A stretch of 53,063 bases of DNA from Brevinematales bacterium (GTDB taxonomy: Bacteria; Spirochaetota; Brevinematia; Brevinematales; JAOACQ01), in the NCBI GenBank assembly GCA_026417755.1, contig JAOACQ010000022.1, forward strand, positions 1 through 53,063, read 5' to 3'. The translations under genes were made by a program, and so were the position numbers. Of the stretch, positions 10,876-21,084 are shown piece after piece. Each line of letters starts with the position of its first letter. The first letter of the stretch is position 1. Below the pieces are notes generated by a model that worked only from the letters and a program-made list of their open reading frames with translations, was not told the DNA's origin and did no database searches.

Positions 10876-12091
10876 TATATACCTCCGCTTTTTTAATAAT
10901 AAATTTTTCCCAAAGTTCATCCTTAAGAGCATCTGCAACTGTAAAAATATCCTTATCACCTCTACCTGATTGATTTATTATTATAATTTTATCCTTTGAC
11001 ATTTGTTTTATTTCTCTATAAGCACAGGCAAAAGCATGAGTTGACTCAAGAGCCGGAATTAATCCTTCTGTTTTTATTGTAAGTCTTAATGCCTCCACCA
11101 CTTCTCTATCTGTTGCTACTTCAAATCTTACTCTTCCCTTCTCTTTAAGATAAGCAAGGATGGGTGAAACACCGATATAGTCAAGACCGGCAGCAACACT
11201 ATGTGTTTCAAGCATCTGGCCGCAATCATCTTGTAAAAAGTAGGTTTTATAGCCTTGAGCAACTCCTATAGAAGCATCTTTTGAAGCAAGCCTAGCAGCA
11301 TGTTTTTTCGTTTCAAGACCATAGCCACCTGCTTCGACACCTATAAGTTCCACTTCATCATCTTCAAGAAAACCAGAAAAAATACCGATTGCGTTTGATC
11401 CTCCACCCACACATGCATAAACTCTATGAGGTAGTCGTCCCTCTGCTTCAATAATCTGACTCTTAGCCTCCTTACCTATGACAGATTGAAAATACATTAC
11501 CATTTCCGGGAAAGGATGAGGCCCACAAGCCGTCCCAAGTACATAATGAGTTGTATCCATATTAGTAGCCCAATCTCTCAAAGCCTCATTTATAGCATCT
11601 TTTAAAGTTCTATTTCCAGTTTTAACAGGCACAACTTTAGCACCAAGTTGTTCCATCCAGAAAACATTGGGTCTTTGCCTCTCTACATCCACTTCTCCCA
11701 TATATATTGTGCACTCAAATCCAAATTTCGCTGCCATTGTAGCTGTTGCCACACCATGCTGACCTGCTCCTGTCTCTGCAATAACCCTCTTCTTCCCCAT
11801 CCTTTTTACTAATAACCCTTGTCCAATAACATTATTTAATTTATGTGATCCTGTATGATTCAAGTCTTCCCTCTTGATATAAATTTTTGGCCCCCCAAAA
11901 TATTTTGTTAGATTCTCAGCATAAGTTAATGGAGTTGGTCTACACGAATAGTTACCAAGTATTCTCTCATATTCCTCCCAGAATTCTTTATCCTCTTTTG
12001 CCTCTTCAAACGCTTTCGTGAGTTCTTCTATAGTTGACATAAGTATCTCTGGTATAAAAACACCGCCAAACTCTCCATAATATCCTTTCAT
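10853..12091 (-). CDS. trpB: Tryptophan synthase beta chain
   Basis: [15 protein letters not shown] (PLP Lys), [24 protein letters not shown]. Confidence 0.97.
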   Translation of the reverse strand: MKGYYGEFGGVFIPEILMSTIEELTKAFEEAKEDKEFWEEYERILGNYSCRPTPLTYAENLTKYFGGPKIYIKREDLNHTGSHKLNNVIGQGLLVKRMGKKRVIAETGAGQHGVATATMAAKFGFECTIYMGEVDVERQRPNVFWMEQLGAKVVPVKTGNRTLKDAINEALRDWATNMDTTHYVLGTACGPHPFPEMVMYFQSVIGKEAKSQIIEAEGRLPHRVYACVGGGSNAIGIFSGFLEDDEVELIGVEAGGYGLETKKHAARLASKDASIGVAQGYKTYFLQDDCGQMLETHSVAAGLDYIGVSPILAYLKEKGRVRFEVATDREVVEALRLTIKTEGLIPALESTHAFACAYREIKQMSKDKIIIINQSGRGDKDIFTVADALKDELWEKFIIKKAEVYNANKLHK

Positions 12092-12093
12092 AT

Positions 12094-12813
12094 TTACCTC
12101 CGTATTTCTTGGTAAAAATCAAATTTATCAGTATCTATAAAAATTTCCGAATAAATCCCTCTCTTTTCACCAAAAAAAATCTCCCTTTTAAGAAATAAAA
12201 GAGTTTTTTTATTTTTCAAATTAAATATCTTTTCTATATAATCATCAGATAAAATAGCTTTAAAATTCTGTTTTATTTTAGTAGGTTTTAAAAAATACTC
12301 TTTCTCTGTAATTTCTGAAATTTTTACATTTTCAAGATTAAATTTTTCCAGATTTTTAAACATTTCTCTATCAAAATAAAATTTCTCAAAAATAATTCTT
12401 ATATCATTTGCTATATCAAGCCTCGAAAAGTAATAAACCTCCTTTTCATAAAAAGGATTATTTCTATCGAATATTTTTTTCGTTATCAATTTATCTATAA
12501 AAATTTTTTTTAACTCTATATTTTCACGATCAAAAGCCTCGGTAACTCCCAAAAAATCAAAAATAGAAACCTGCTTTTTAGGATTATAACTAACAAAACT
12601 TCCGCTCCCTTTCTTTTTAATTATATATCCCTTTTTAATCAATTCTTCAAGAGCATGTCTCACTGTAAGCCTGCTTACACCATACATCCCTGAAAATATA
12701 TTTTCAGAAAAGATTTTATCGCCTTCTTTGAGTTTTCCAGAAATTATCTCTTCCTCTATCAAGTTAGCAAGCTGTAAATAAATTGGTACTGGAGAATCAA
12801 AATTAATTGCCAT
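12094..12813 (-). CDS. GntR family (HutC/UTRA) transcriptional regulator
   Basis: PIYLQL...SE...[12 protein letters not shown]...GSGSFV winged HTH plus a UTRA-sized C-terminus; start MAINF at 12813 with a GAAGGTGA SD. Confidence 0.9.
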   Translation of the reverse strand: MAINFDSPVPIYLQLANLIEEEIISGKLKEGDKIFSENIFSGMYGVSRLTVRHALEELIKKGYIIKKKGSGSFVSYNPKKQVSIFDFLGVTEAFDRENIELKKIFIDKLITKKIFDRNNPFYEKEVYYFSRLDIANDIRIIFEKFYFDREMFKNLEKFNLENVKISEITEKEYFLKPTKIKQNFKAILSDDYIEKIFNLKNKKTLLFLKREIFFGEKRGIYSEIFIDTDKFDFYQEIRR

Positions 12814-12841
12814 AATTTCACCTTCTTTTTTCAAGAAATAA

Positions 12842-12878
12842 ATTATAAAGCATACTTGTAAACTTGTCAATACAAGTT
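12842..12878 (-). promoter_or_regulatory. Perfect sigma70 promoter with an overlapping palindromic GntR operator
   Basis: TTGACA (12870-12865)-17 nt-TATAAT (12847-12842); the inverted repeat AACTTGT-attg-ACAAGTT (12861-12878) covers the -35. Confidence 0.85.
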
Positions 12879-12889
12879 GAAAATAAATA

Positions 12890-12918
12890 AATGGGAAATG
12901 CATTTCACATTTCCCATT
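12890..12918 (-). terminator. Intrinsic terminator hairpin
   Basis: AATGGGAAATG / CATTTCCCATT 11-bp stem followed by a T-rich run on the minus strand, just after the stop at 12935. Confidence 0.75.
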
Positions 12919-12934
12919 ATTATGTTATAAATAA

Positions 12935-13936
12935 TTACTTTGTAGGAATAAGCTCTGCTTCAGGTATTTCAGCATCCACTGTTAATTCAAGAGAAATCTC
13001 TTCACTTGCATTACCAAGAAGATCAAAAGCCTTTGCTTTGATGGTATGTGTTCCATTGGCAAGTTTTATAGGATATTGATAATCTTTTTCTTCTCCGCCG
13101 TCGATTGTATAAACTATTCTTGAGATGCCTGTTTCTGTATCTTTAGCTTTTATGACAATTGGAGTTTTATCAGATATATATTTTACTCCATCCTTATCAA
13201 ATGGTGCTGGATTAATAACAAACTCTATAGTAGGAGCAGTAATATCAAGATAGTAAATATAAGTCTTTGTCATTGAAACATTACCTACATTATCAGTAGC
13301 AAAATATTCAACCTTGTGCAAGCCATTTTGATTTACAGGTGCAAATACGCCTTTATAAATCTTTGCTTCTCCATCATCAATCTTATATTCTATTGACTTT
13401 ACTCCAGAAAGGGCATCATTAGCAAGAATCCCAAAATTATAATTTGAACCGACGTAAAGAACATCTCCGATCTTTACAGGCTTCTTATCACTTATAAGTA
13501 TAGCTTCTGGGGCTGTTTTATCAAGTATGAATTCATAAAATTTTACTTTTGACATATTTCCCACATTATCTTCTACTTTATAACCAATAAGATGCTTGCC
13601 TTCTTCCAGAAAAGCTATCGGATTTTCATAAACACCAAAATCAGAATCATCAACAAGAACATAAACTGTCTTAACTCCAGACCCCTGATCTTTTGCCTCG
13701 ATAACAAACTTTACATCTCCCGATGCATAATCCATATTACCATCATTGTAAACAATACCCTCAACAGCTTTAACTTCCTTTTCTTCAGTTATTGTCTGCT
13801 GATTGGTAGACTTAGTAGTTGTTGTATTTGACTTAGTTTTAGAGCCACCTTCTTGATCAGGAGCCGTTGTCTGCTGTGCAAACAAAATCCCGATACCTGT
13901 TAATAAAACAAAAATAGTAATTAAACTTCTCTTCAT
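12935..13936 (-). CDS. Secreted protein with repeated Ig-like/OmpL47-type domains
   Basis: Signal peptide, Thr-rich linker and three repeats of AxDxxSGV..I.Y.ID...G.H....A.D..GN. Confidence 0.75.
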   Translation of the reverse strand: MKRSLITIFVLLTGIGILFAQQTTAPDQEGGSKTKSNTTTTKSTNQQTITEEKEVKAVEGIVYNDGNMDYASGDVKFVIEAKDQGSGVKTVYVLVDDSDFGVYENPIAFLEEGKHLIGYKVEDNVGNMSKVKFYEFILDKTAPEAILISDKKPVKIGDVLYVGSNYNFGILANDALSGVKSIEYKIDDGEAKIYKGVFAPVNQNGLHKVEYFATDNVGNVSMTKTYIYYLDITAPTIEFVINPAPFDKDGVKYISDKTPIVIKAKDTETGISRIVYTIDGGEEKDYQYPIKLANGTHTIKAKAFDLLGNASEEISLELTVDAEIPEAELIPTK

Positions 13937-13998
13937 TGTCTATCCTCCTAAATTTTTTATGCTAAATTCTAATACTTATGAAATCAAAAGTCAAATTA

Positions 13999-14475
13999 TT
14001 AATTACTCTTTTTTGTATCTATAACTTCTTTATTTATAAACCTCTGCTCCTCTATATCAAGAATATTTTTTACATTCAGTATTAAAAAAATATTATTTTC
14101 GATTCTAGCAATACCATTAATGAGATTTCTGGCTATTTTAACTTCACCAGCTCCATCAAGCCCTTGGATCTTATCATCGCCAGCAGAAAAGACATAGACA
14201 AACTCATCCACTATCAAACCAACAAGCAGATTATTTATATTAACAATGATAACTTTATATTCTTCAAGTTTTTCTTCATTTTCAACAAGATCAAATTTAA
14301 GTCTCAAAGAAATAATTGGAATAATTATACCTCTCAAATTTATAATCCCTCTCACAAAACCGGGAGCATGAGGCATCCACGTTATTTGATTAACTTTTAC
14401 AACCTCCTTTACATACTCTATATCTATGCAGTACAGATTATTTTCCACCTTAAAGCCCACAAATTGTTTTTCCAT
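13999..14475 (-). CDS. cheW: Chemotaxis adaptor CheW
   Basis: VKEVV...PHAPGFVRGIINLRGIIIPIISLR, VGLIVDE. Confidence 0.92.
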   Translation of the reverse strand: MEKQFVGFKVENNLYCIDIEYVKEVVKVNQITWMPHAPGFVRGIINLRGIIIPIISLRLKFDLVENEEKLEEYKVIIVNINNLLVGLIVDEFVYVFSAGDDKIQGLDGAGEVKIARNLINGIARIENNIFLILNVKNILDIEEQRFINKEVIDTKKSN

Positions 14476-14529
14476 AATCATCAACCCCAATCTATTTTAA
14501 AACTACATCCCAAATAATGCAATATTTTT

Positions 14530-15750
14530 TTATTTTTCATACAAAGAATATTCATAAGCAAAAGGTTCAATAGCTCGTGGTATTAAACCATTTGCCCATG
14601 CAAGAAATAACCCATAATTTAATGATGGAATCCCAAAAGATTTAAGTTTCTCAAGTCTTGATAACATTTTTTTTCTTGTAACCATACAACCACCACAGTG
14701 TATTACAAGTTTAAACTCTTTAAGTTTAATTTCTTCCGGCAATTCCTTCAAAAATTCAAATTCAACATTACTCTGAACAAGCTGTCTGAAAAGGCGAGGA
14801 ATTTTAACTGTCCCAATATCATCCGGTTGAACATGGTGTGAACAGGCCTCAAGTATCATAACTTTTGAATCCGAGGGGAAATTTTTTAAAGTCCTAAGCC
14901 CTTCTACAAACAAAGCAAGCTCTCCTTTCTTTCTAGCAAAAAGAATTGAAAAAGAGGTCAAAGGCTGATCAGGAGGGATATCAGCCGCAACCTTTGAAAA
15001 AGCCTGACTATCCGTTACAACAAGTTTGGGTTTTATCTTTAAAGAATCATAAAATAGTTTAAGCTCCCTTTCTTTTACTATCAAAACAGCACAATCCTTA
15101 TCAAGAGCATCTCTTATTGTTTCAACCTGTGGAAGTATAAGTCTTCCTTTTGGAGCTGCAAGATCTATTGGAGTCACAAGCACTACAAGATCATTTTCAT
15201 TTACAAGCCCCTGTAATGGAGAAATCTCAAACTCAATCTCATTATATAGGTTTATAATCTCATTTTTCAATTCAGTTATACCCTTTTTACTAAGATTATC
15301 AATTTTCACATATTTATAATTTTTTATGAATTCTGACTTAGAAACTTCAATATCTCTATCAGAAAAAGTAAGTGCAACAATCAAAGCCTTTCTTTTCTGT
15401 TTAACTTCAGTGACAAACTTTTTTTCGACCTCAGAAATCGGAAGATCAGCTCTAGTAACAAGAACAGCAATATCTGCTATCTCTAAAAATTCTAATGTTT
15501 TTTTAATCCTTAACTCACCAATCTCACCAACATCATCAAGTCCAGCCGTATCTGTAATTGCAACTGGCCCAAGTTTACCTAACTCTATAGATTTAGTTAC
15601 TGGGTCTGTCGTTGTACCAGCAACATTTGAAACTATAGAAACATCTCGGCTGAATATGTTGTTCATAAGGCTTGATTTACCTGCATTCCGTAAACCAAAA
15701 AGGACTATTCTTATCTGTTCTGAAAGGGGGGTATTTGTTATAGACATCAT
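14530..15750 (-). CDS. hydF: [FeFe]-hydrogenase H-cluster maturation GTPase HydF
   Basis: GLRNAGKSS, GTTTDPV, DTAGLDD, APKGRLILPQV, EACSH...IHCGGC Fe-S motif. Confidence 0.95.
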   Translation of the reverse strand: MMSITNTPLSEQIRIVLFGLRNAGKSSLMNNIFSRDVSIVSNVAGTTTDPVTKSIELGKLGPVAITDTAGLDDVGEIGELRIKKTLEFLEIADIAVLVTRADLPISEVEKKFVTEVKQKRKALIVALTFSDRDIEVSKSEFIKNYKYVKIDNLSKKGITELKNEIINLYNEIEFEISPLQGLVNENDLVVLVTPIDLAAPKGRLILPQVETIRDALDKDCAVLIVKERELKLFYDSLKIKPKLVVTDSQAFSKVAADIPPDQPLTSFSILFARKKGELALFVEGLRTLKNFPSDSKVMILEACSHHVQPDDIGTVKIPRLFRQLVQSNVEFEFLKELPEEIKLKEFKLVIHCGGCMVTRKKMLSRLEKLKSFGIPSLNYGLFLAWANGLIPRAIEPFAYEYSLYEK

Positions 15751-17078
15751 TTTCTCCAGAAACTTGTAATATTAATAGGGTCAAGATAAAAATCTATTTC
15801 CTTTTCTTTAAGATTTGTCTTTTCTTTTAAAATCATTTTTATGTCTGAAATAGTTTTCACCCTTTTTTCTTGCATTATATTGTAGATTTCTTTTACTTTA
15901 TTATAACCAATTATTCCTATCAAAGCATTAAGCAATACAAGTGAATTCACAAGATTTTCTTCTATTTTTTCTTTATTAATCTGCATAAGGGCAAAAAACT
16001 TCTCCATCAAATTTTTTAGCATAGCCTCTGTGAGATTAAAAATAAGGTTAAAACTTTCCAGGACAAAAGGCAAGAAAGCATTGAGTTGAAGTTGGCCGTT
16101 TCTCGCATATTCAGCAATCTTCTCACATTCATAGATAATACTTATAGCACACCCCTTTGAAAACTCAAGAATAACAGGATTAGTTTTAGCTGCCATAATC
16201 GTAGAACCTGCCTGAAGGTTTGGATGAATTATCTCATTAAGAAAAGAAGATGTGTATAATAATAAGTCACTTGTAATCTTAAAAATATTTTCTGAAATTA
16301 TTTTGAGAATAGAGGCAAGTTCTGAATATTTATCAAGATTTGAAATCTCATCTGGAAGATTCTGACTTCTTGAAAGGGGTAATTTTGTTATCTCTCTTAA
16401 AAACCTCTCTGAAGCAAAAACTATTCTCTGAGGAGTCGGATAACCAGTTCCTATGGCTGTCCCACCAACTGATATTGTTCTTACCCTTTCTTTAACTTTA
16501 TGTATTCTCCATCTATCTCTCTCTATCATTCCTGCCCAACTTCCAAAAATCTGCCCTAGATTTATAGGCAAAGCATCCTGCATTTCAGTTCTTCCCACAA
16601 CAAGAATTCCACCAAGTTCATTTTCTTTGTTAACAAGAACTTCTTGTAATTTAATAATAAGATTTTCAACTTCAAGAAGTTTTCTATAAACATATATCGT
16701 AGCCGCCGTAGGAAATGTATCGTTAGTAGATTGATATTTATTAATATCTTCAATAGGATCAAAACGATCCCTACCAAGGACTTCATTCGCTCTACTAGCT
16801 ATAACTTCATTCAAATTCATATTAAGACTTGTCCCAGCACCACCCTGATAGAGGGATAAAGGAAAATGATCAAATAATTTTCCATTGATAACTTCCTTCA
16901 ATGCAACTTCTAACGCATTCCATTCCTCAGCCTTATACCTTCTTTCTTCCTCTTGAATAGCTTTAAGAACTGCGAATTTCACTTCCCCATAAGCAATAAT
17001 TAAATCCTCAGGAATTTTTGAAATTTGGCCAAAGTTATTCAGAGCTTTTTCTGTTTGAATTGAATAATATTTTTTCAT
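15747..17078 (-). CDS. Aspartate ammonia-lyase-like protein (fumarase/aspartase superfamily)
   Basis: QGGAGTSLNMN, QSTNDTFPT, GRTEMQDA, GGTAIGTG and a variant signature GSTIMAAKTNP; ATGA overlap with hydF. Confidence 0.85.
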   Translation of the reverse strand: MKKYYSIQTEKALNNFGQISKIPEDLIIAYGEVKFAVLKAIQEEERRYKAEEWNALEVALKEVINGKLFDHFPLSLYQGGAGTSLNMNLNEVIASRANEVLGRDRFDPIEDINKYQSTNDTFPTAATIYVYRKLLEVENLIIKLQEVLVNKENELGGILVVGRTEMQDALPINLGQIFGSWAGMIERDRWRIHKVKERVRTISVGGTAIGTGYPTPQRIVFASERFLREITKLPLSRSQNLPDEISNLDKYSELASILKIISENIFKITSDLLLYTSSFLNEIIHPNLQAGSTIMAAKTNPVILEFSKGCAISIIYECEKIAEYARNGQLQLNAFLPFVLESFNLIFNLTEAMLKNLMEKFFALMQINKEKIEENLVNSLVLLNALIGIIGYNKVKEIYNIMQEKRVKTISDIKMILKEKTNLKEKEIDFYLDPINITSFWRK

Positions 17079-17120
17079 AGAAGGAAATTATAATAAAAAA
17101 TTCCTTCTTTTGCAAGAATA

Positions 17121-17480
17121 CTATTTGAAAAGTATTTCTATACCCTTTTTAAGACTATCCTCTGTAACAGGTTTTATAAGATAATATTTTGCACCATTTT
17201 TTAAGGCTTCCACTATCAAATTTTTCTCATTGTGGGTACTGACAACAAGGATTTTTGCATCTTTAAAATCTGCAATTATCTTCTTTATAGAATCTATGCC
17301 GTTCATTTTTGGCATTTCTATATCCATTATTACTCCATCAGGAGTTGTGAGACCATACTTTTCATAAGCATCAAGCCCATCTGCCGCTTCACCCACAACA
17401 TGATGCCCCAGTTTCTCTATAATCAACTTGAGTGTTTTCCTCATAAGAAAAGAATCATCAACAATCAAAAATCCCGCCAT
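17121..17480 (-). CDS. CheY-like single-domain response regulator
   Basis: LIVDDS, MDIEMPKMNG, YLIKP; SD GGAGGG. Confidence 0.92.
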   Translation of the reverse strand: MAGFLIVDDSFLMRKTLKLIIEKLGHHVVGEAADGLDAYEKYGLTTPDGVIMDIEMPKMNGIDSIKKIIADFKDAKILVVSTHNEKNLIVEALKNGAKYYLIKPVTEDSLKKGIEILFK

Positions 17481-17538
17481 AAACCCTCCCACTTAAGCAA
17501 TAAAAATTTTATTATATTTCTAAAAAAAGTCAACAAAT

Positions 17539-18468
17539 TTAAAATTCAAGTCCAATTGTTTTTAATAACTCTATTCTATTTGACACATTAAGTTTCCTGT
17601 ATATATTTGAAATATGATTTCTAACAGTGCTTTCTGATATAAAAAGTTTGTCAGCAATCTCTTTATTATCGAGGCCTTGAATGATCATATTTATTATCTC
17701 TGTTTCTCTTTTCCCAATTTTATAATTTTTTATAAAATTTTCTGGCAACTTATTAACCATTAACAAAGAATTTCCCCTCGTTACATAAATAAGAAAATAA
17801 TACCCAAATATAACATTCCACAAAAAATAATAAATCGGCATAAAATTAAAACATCTAGGAATTATCTTTAACTTAACTTGAAAAATACTCCACAAACTAT
17901 CTATAAGAAAAAAAGGAATAAAAATTATAGTTATCCAGAAAGCAACTCTAAAAATTTCCTTAATTATCATAAATCTGATTTGATTAATATTTTTCTTTAT
18001 CAAAAATAGATTATAAATTAAAAAAATATAAAAAATATTAAGATAAAAAAAATTATCAAAATTAGAGATAAAATCAGCCCTACTTTCCACTCTCAAGAAA
18101 AAGGAAAAAAAAACTATAAATATCCCCATAATAGATAATCCTCTTGAGACAACCTTGAGAAATAAAGGTATATTTTTTTCCATCGCATAAAAAATAAAAG
18201 AAGGAATACTAAAAAAGAAAAGAGAATGTATAACTACAAAAAGTATGCTTATAAAATAAGTAGTTTTAAAACTTTCCATCTCAAGAAGAATATACTTATA
18301 AAATTGATAGATATTTATAAATAAAACAAGAGAAAGTGCAGTAAAAAAAATAAAATAATAAAGCACATATTTATTGCGATATTTAAACCATAAAAATAGA
18401 ATTCCAAAATAACCAAGTATTCCAGAAAAAGCAGATATAAGATAATAAATAAATAAAAAATGTTTCAT
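17539..18468 (-). CDS. Membrane-integral LuxR-family regulator (multiple TM helices + HTH)
   Basis: About 6-7 hydrophobic helices, then RETEII...GLDNKEIADKLFISESTVRNHISNIYRKL. Confidence 0.88.
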   Translation of the reverse strand: MKHFLFIYYLISAFSGILGYFGILFLWFKYRNKYVLYYFIFFTALSLVLFINIYQFYKYILLEMESFKTTYFISILFVVIHSLFFFSIPSFIFYAMEKNIPLFLKVVSRGLSIMGIFIVFFSFFLRVESRADFISNFDNFFYLNIFYIFLIYNLFLIKKNINQIRFMIIKEIFRVAFWITIIFIPFFLIDSLWSIFQVKLKIIPRCFNFMPIYYFLWNVIFGYYFLIYVTRGNSLLMVNKLPENFIKNYKIGKRETEIINMIIQGLDNKEIADKLFISESTVRNHISNIYRKLNVSNRIELLKTIGLEF

Positions 18469-18572
18469 TATTTAATTTTAATCTCAACCAACTTATTTTT
18501 CAACTTAATCAAACTTGAAAATTTTAACCTACAAAATTAGAATAAGAGTAATCTAAAAAATCGAAGGTAAAA

Positions 18573-19394
18573 ATGTATCTTGAAAAAGAAGCCATAGAAT
18601 ACTTGAAAAACTATGAAATAAACGAATTTTTCTTTAGTAAATTTTCCAGTGGCAATGAAGGTTTTTTTTCCTCACGGAGAATCGGCAGTAGTTCGGAATT
18701 TGAGGAGTACAAGTCTTATTTTCCATCAGATAATCCAAAAGATATAGACTGGAAAAAATATGCAAGGACAGAAAAACTTTTAACAAAACAGTACGAAAGC
18801 TACTCTCACACAAAAATTCATTTCATTCTTGATATAAGTAATTCTATGAATTATCCCGATGACAAATTCATCTATGCCAAAAAATTTTTAGCTTTATTCT
18901 CCTTTTTGATACTAAAAGAACAAAATGAGGTTTTTTTATCTTGCATTGGAGATAGTTTTATAAATTCTATAAAAATCAACTATGATTCAATAGAGAATAT
19001 TTTTTCCAGCATCTATTCAGAAAAGCTCTTTAATTACAGATATTTGTATAACTTTAGAAAAATGGATATAAACTTTCTAATTTCAGATGGTTGGTGGAAT
19101 AAAAATACCATAGAAATTCTCAACATTATGATAGAAAAAAGAATAAACTTTATCAACTTACTATCAGACAAAGAAACAAAAATCTCTAAGAACTCAATAT
19201 TAATAGATAGTGAAAAAAATAACAAGATTATAGTTTCAGGCCAAGAAATTATAAAAAATTACACAAAAAAAATAGAAGAAAGAAAAAAGTTTTTCTATCA
19301 AAAATTTACAAAGAACAAATTATTTTATTTTAACATAATTAATAATGTCCCCTATTATCATTCTTTAAAAAATATTTTGGATAGTTTAAAATGA
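18573..19394 (+). CDS. DUF58 domain protein (MoxR-associated, vWA-like)
   Basis: GSSSEFEEYKSY...DIDWKKYART, LDISNSM, ISDG. Confidence 0.85.
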   Translation: MYLEKEAIEYLKNYEINEFFFSKFSSGNEGFFSSRRIGSSSEFEEYKSYFPSDNPKDIDWKKYARTEKLLTKQYESYSHTKIHFILDISNSMNYPDDKFIYAKKFLALFSFLILKEQNEVFLSCIGDSFINSIKINYDSIENIFSSIYSEKLFNYRYLYNFRKMDINFLISDGWWNKNTIEILNIMIEKRINFINLLSDKETKISKNSILIDSEKNNKIIVSGQEIIKNYTKKIEERKKFFYQKFTKNKLFYFNIINNVPYYHSLKNILDSLK

Positions 19395-20839
19395 GATTTT
19401 TAAACCCATTTTTTCTCTATTTTTTACCATTAGCACTTATTCCTATCTTATTTTATTTAATAGAAAAACTTAATAGAAAAAAAATAATATTTTCTTCAAT
19501 AGAACTAATAGAAGAAATCTTAAAAGAAGAAAAAAACAAAATCTCTATTAACATCTTCTTAAAACAAATACTAAGAACTATAATCTTATCATTAATTATC
19601 CTGTCATTTTCAAGACCTGTTATTGAAAAAAGCAATGACTTTTCAGGCTTTGTTGCAATAATAGATCCCTCCCTGAGTATGTCGGATTTCGATCTCAGGG
19701 AAATAGTATATCTTTTGAGAGAAAAAGGCGTTAAAAAAATTCTTTTTGGAGAGAAAGAAATTACAGATGAATTAGTTTATAAAAAAAATATAGACTTGAT
19801 TTCTCTTGTAAACTCTATACCTGAAAACAAAATTCTTCTCATAACAGACGCCCAAAAATCAAACTTCAAAAATCTATCATATTCAAAAAAAGATTTAACC
19901 ATTTTACTTCTTTATCATACAAACAAAAATTATTACTTTACAAGCATAGAAATCTACCCCGAAATAATAACAAAAGAAAGCGAAATTTTTGTTAAAGCAA
20001 TTATAAACTCAAATCAAGATTTACCTATCTCAATTTATATAAACGAAAAATTAATTTATCAAGAAAAAACTAACATAATTCAAAAATTTTTAGCTTTAGA
20101 CCAATCAATCTTAAAAAGAGAAAACAAAATAAAAATAAAAATCGAGGCAACTGATTTTAAATACGATAACGAAGTAGAAAGAAACTTATTTTTTTCTCCA
20201 AAAATAAAATTATTTATTAACTTAAAAGATTTATCAACAAAACAATATATAATAAAAACTATGAGAGCATTATTTGTAAATATTGAAGAAACTTTTGATA
20301 TCAATTCAGCAGACATAATTTTTTTAAACAATTTTGATCCAAATAATATAAAACTTATATACACATTACCGGAAGATTTTAACAAACAAAAAATCTCATT
20401 CAGTTCAAAAAATGATTATTCAGGAAAGCTTACTACAGATTTTGGCATAGAAATAGAAAATTTCTCACTAAAATCTGTCTATGATACTTTAGCAAATCCT
20501 TACAACCTTAAACCAATAGCCCATCTAGAAAAAAAACCAATCATATATAAGATTAAAGACAACTACTTATTTGCTTTTTCAATTAAAGATAATTTGAAAG
20601 AGATGATATATAATCCATTCTTACCAATATTTTTTTATGAAACAATAAAAAATTATTATAATCCTCAAGAAAAATATAAAATTGAACTTGAATCAATATT
20701 TGAATTTATAAAAATCGAAGAGTTAAAGAAAAACTTTAAAGTTTTTGAATACACAAAAACCAAAAATGAAAAAATAGAGCTGTTTTTATTTTTAATAATG
20801 ATAGGATTTATACTTTTTGTTATTGACTTATTTACATAA
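19391..20839 (+). CDS. BatA-domain / vWA-like membrane protein
   Basis: MRFLNPFFLYFLPLALIP N-terminus, SRP, DPSLSM, ITDAQ, C-terminal TM. Confidence 0.75.
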   Translation: MRFLNPFFLYFLPLALIPILFYLIEKLNRKKIIFSSIELIEEILKEEKNKISINIFLKQILRTIILSLIILSFSRPVIEKSNDFSGFVAIIDPSLSMSDFDLREIVYLLREKGVKKILFGEKEITDELVYKKNIDLISLVNSIPENKILLITDAQKSNFKNLSYSKKDLTILLLYHTNKNYYFTSIEIYPEIITKESEIFVKAIINSNQDLPISIYINEKLIYQEKTNIIQKFLALDQSILKRENKIKIKIEATDFKYDNEVERNLFFSPKIKLFINLKDLSTKQYIIKTMRALFVNIEETFDINSADIIFLNNFDPNNIKLIYTLPEDFNKQKISFSSKNDYSGKLTTDFGIEIENFSLKSVYDTLANPYNLKPIAHLEKKPIIYKIKDNYLFAFSIKDNLKEMIYNPFLPIFFYETIKNYYNPQEKYKIELESIFEFIKIEELKKNFKVFEYTKTKNEKIELFLFLIMIGFILFVIDLFT

Positions 20840-20841
20840 AA

Positions 20842-20915
<74 letters not shown>

Positions 20916-20926
20916 ATTATCGATAA

Positions 20927-20955
20927 ATTATAAAATCAGTGGCCAATCTTGTCAA
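20927..20955 (-). promoter_or_regulatory. sigma70 promoter of tRNA-Arg
   Basis: TTGACA-17 nt-TATAAT, a perfect consensus. Confidence 0.85.
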
Positions 20956-20958
20956 ATA

Positions 20959-21065
20959 AAGAGCTGCCCAAAAAGTTATCTTCCTCTTTTTAGAACTTTA
21001 AACTTTTTCAAAAACCAAAAAAATTTTAAAGCTCAGAAGAAAATAATATTTTTTGGGCAGCCCTA
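20959..21065. repeat. About 105-bp imperfect palindrome, MITE-like
   Basis: Perfect terminal IR GCTGCCCAAAAA (20963-20974) / TTTTTGGGCAGC (21050-21061) with further imperfect internal complementarity. Confidence 0.65.
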
Positions 21066-21084
21066 TTTTTATAAAACAAAAAAA

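Noticed and set aside
12814-12903. trp attenuator or leader peptide, or the longer GntR N-terminus given in the ORF track
   Set aside because: The stretch contains the promoter, operator and upstream terminator; it has no Trp-codon leader, and the SD supports the start at 12813
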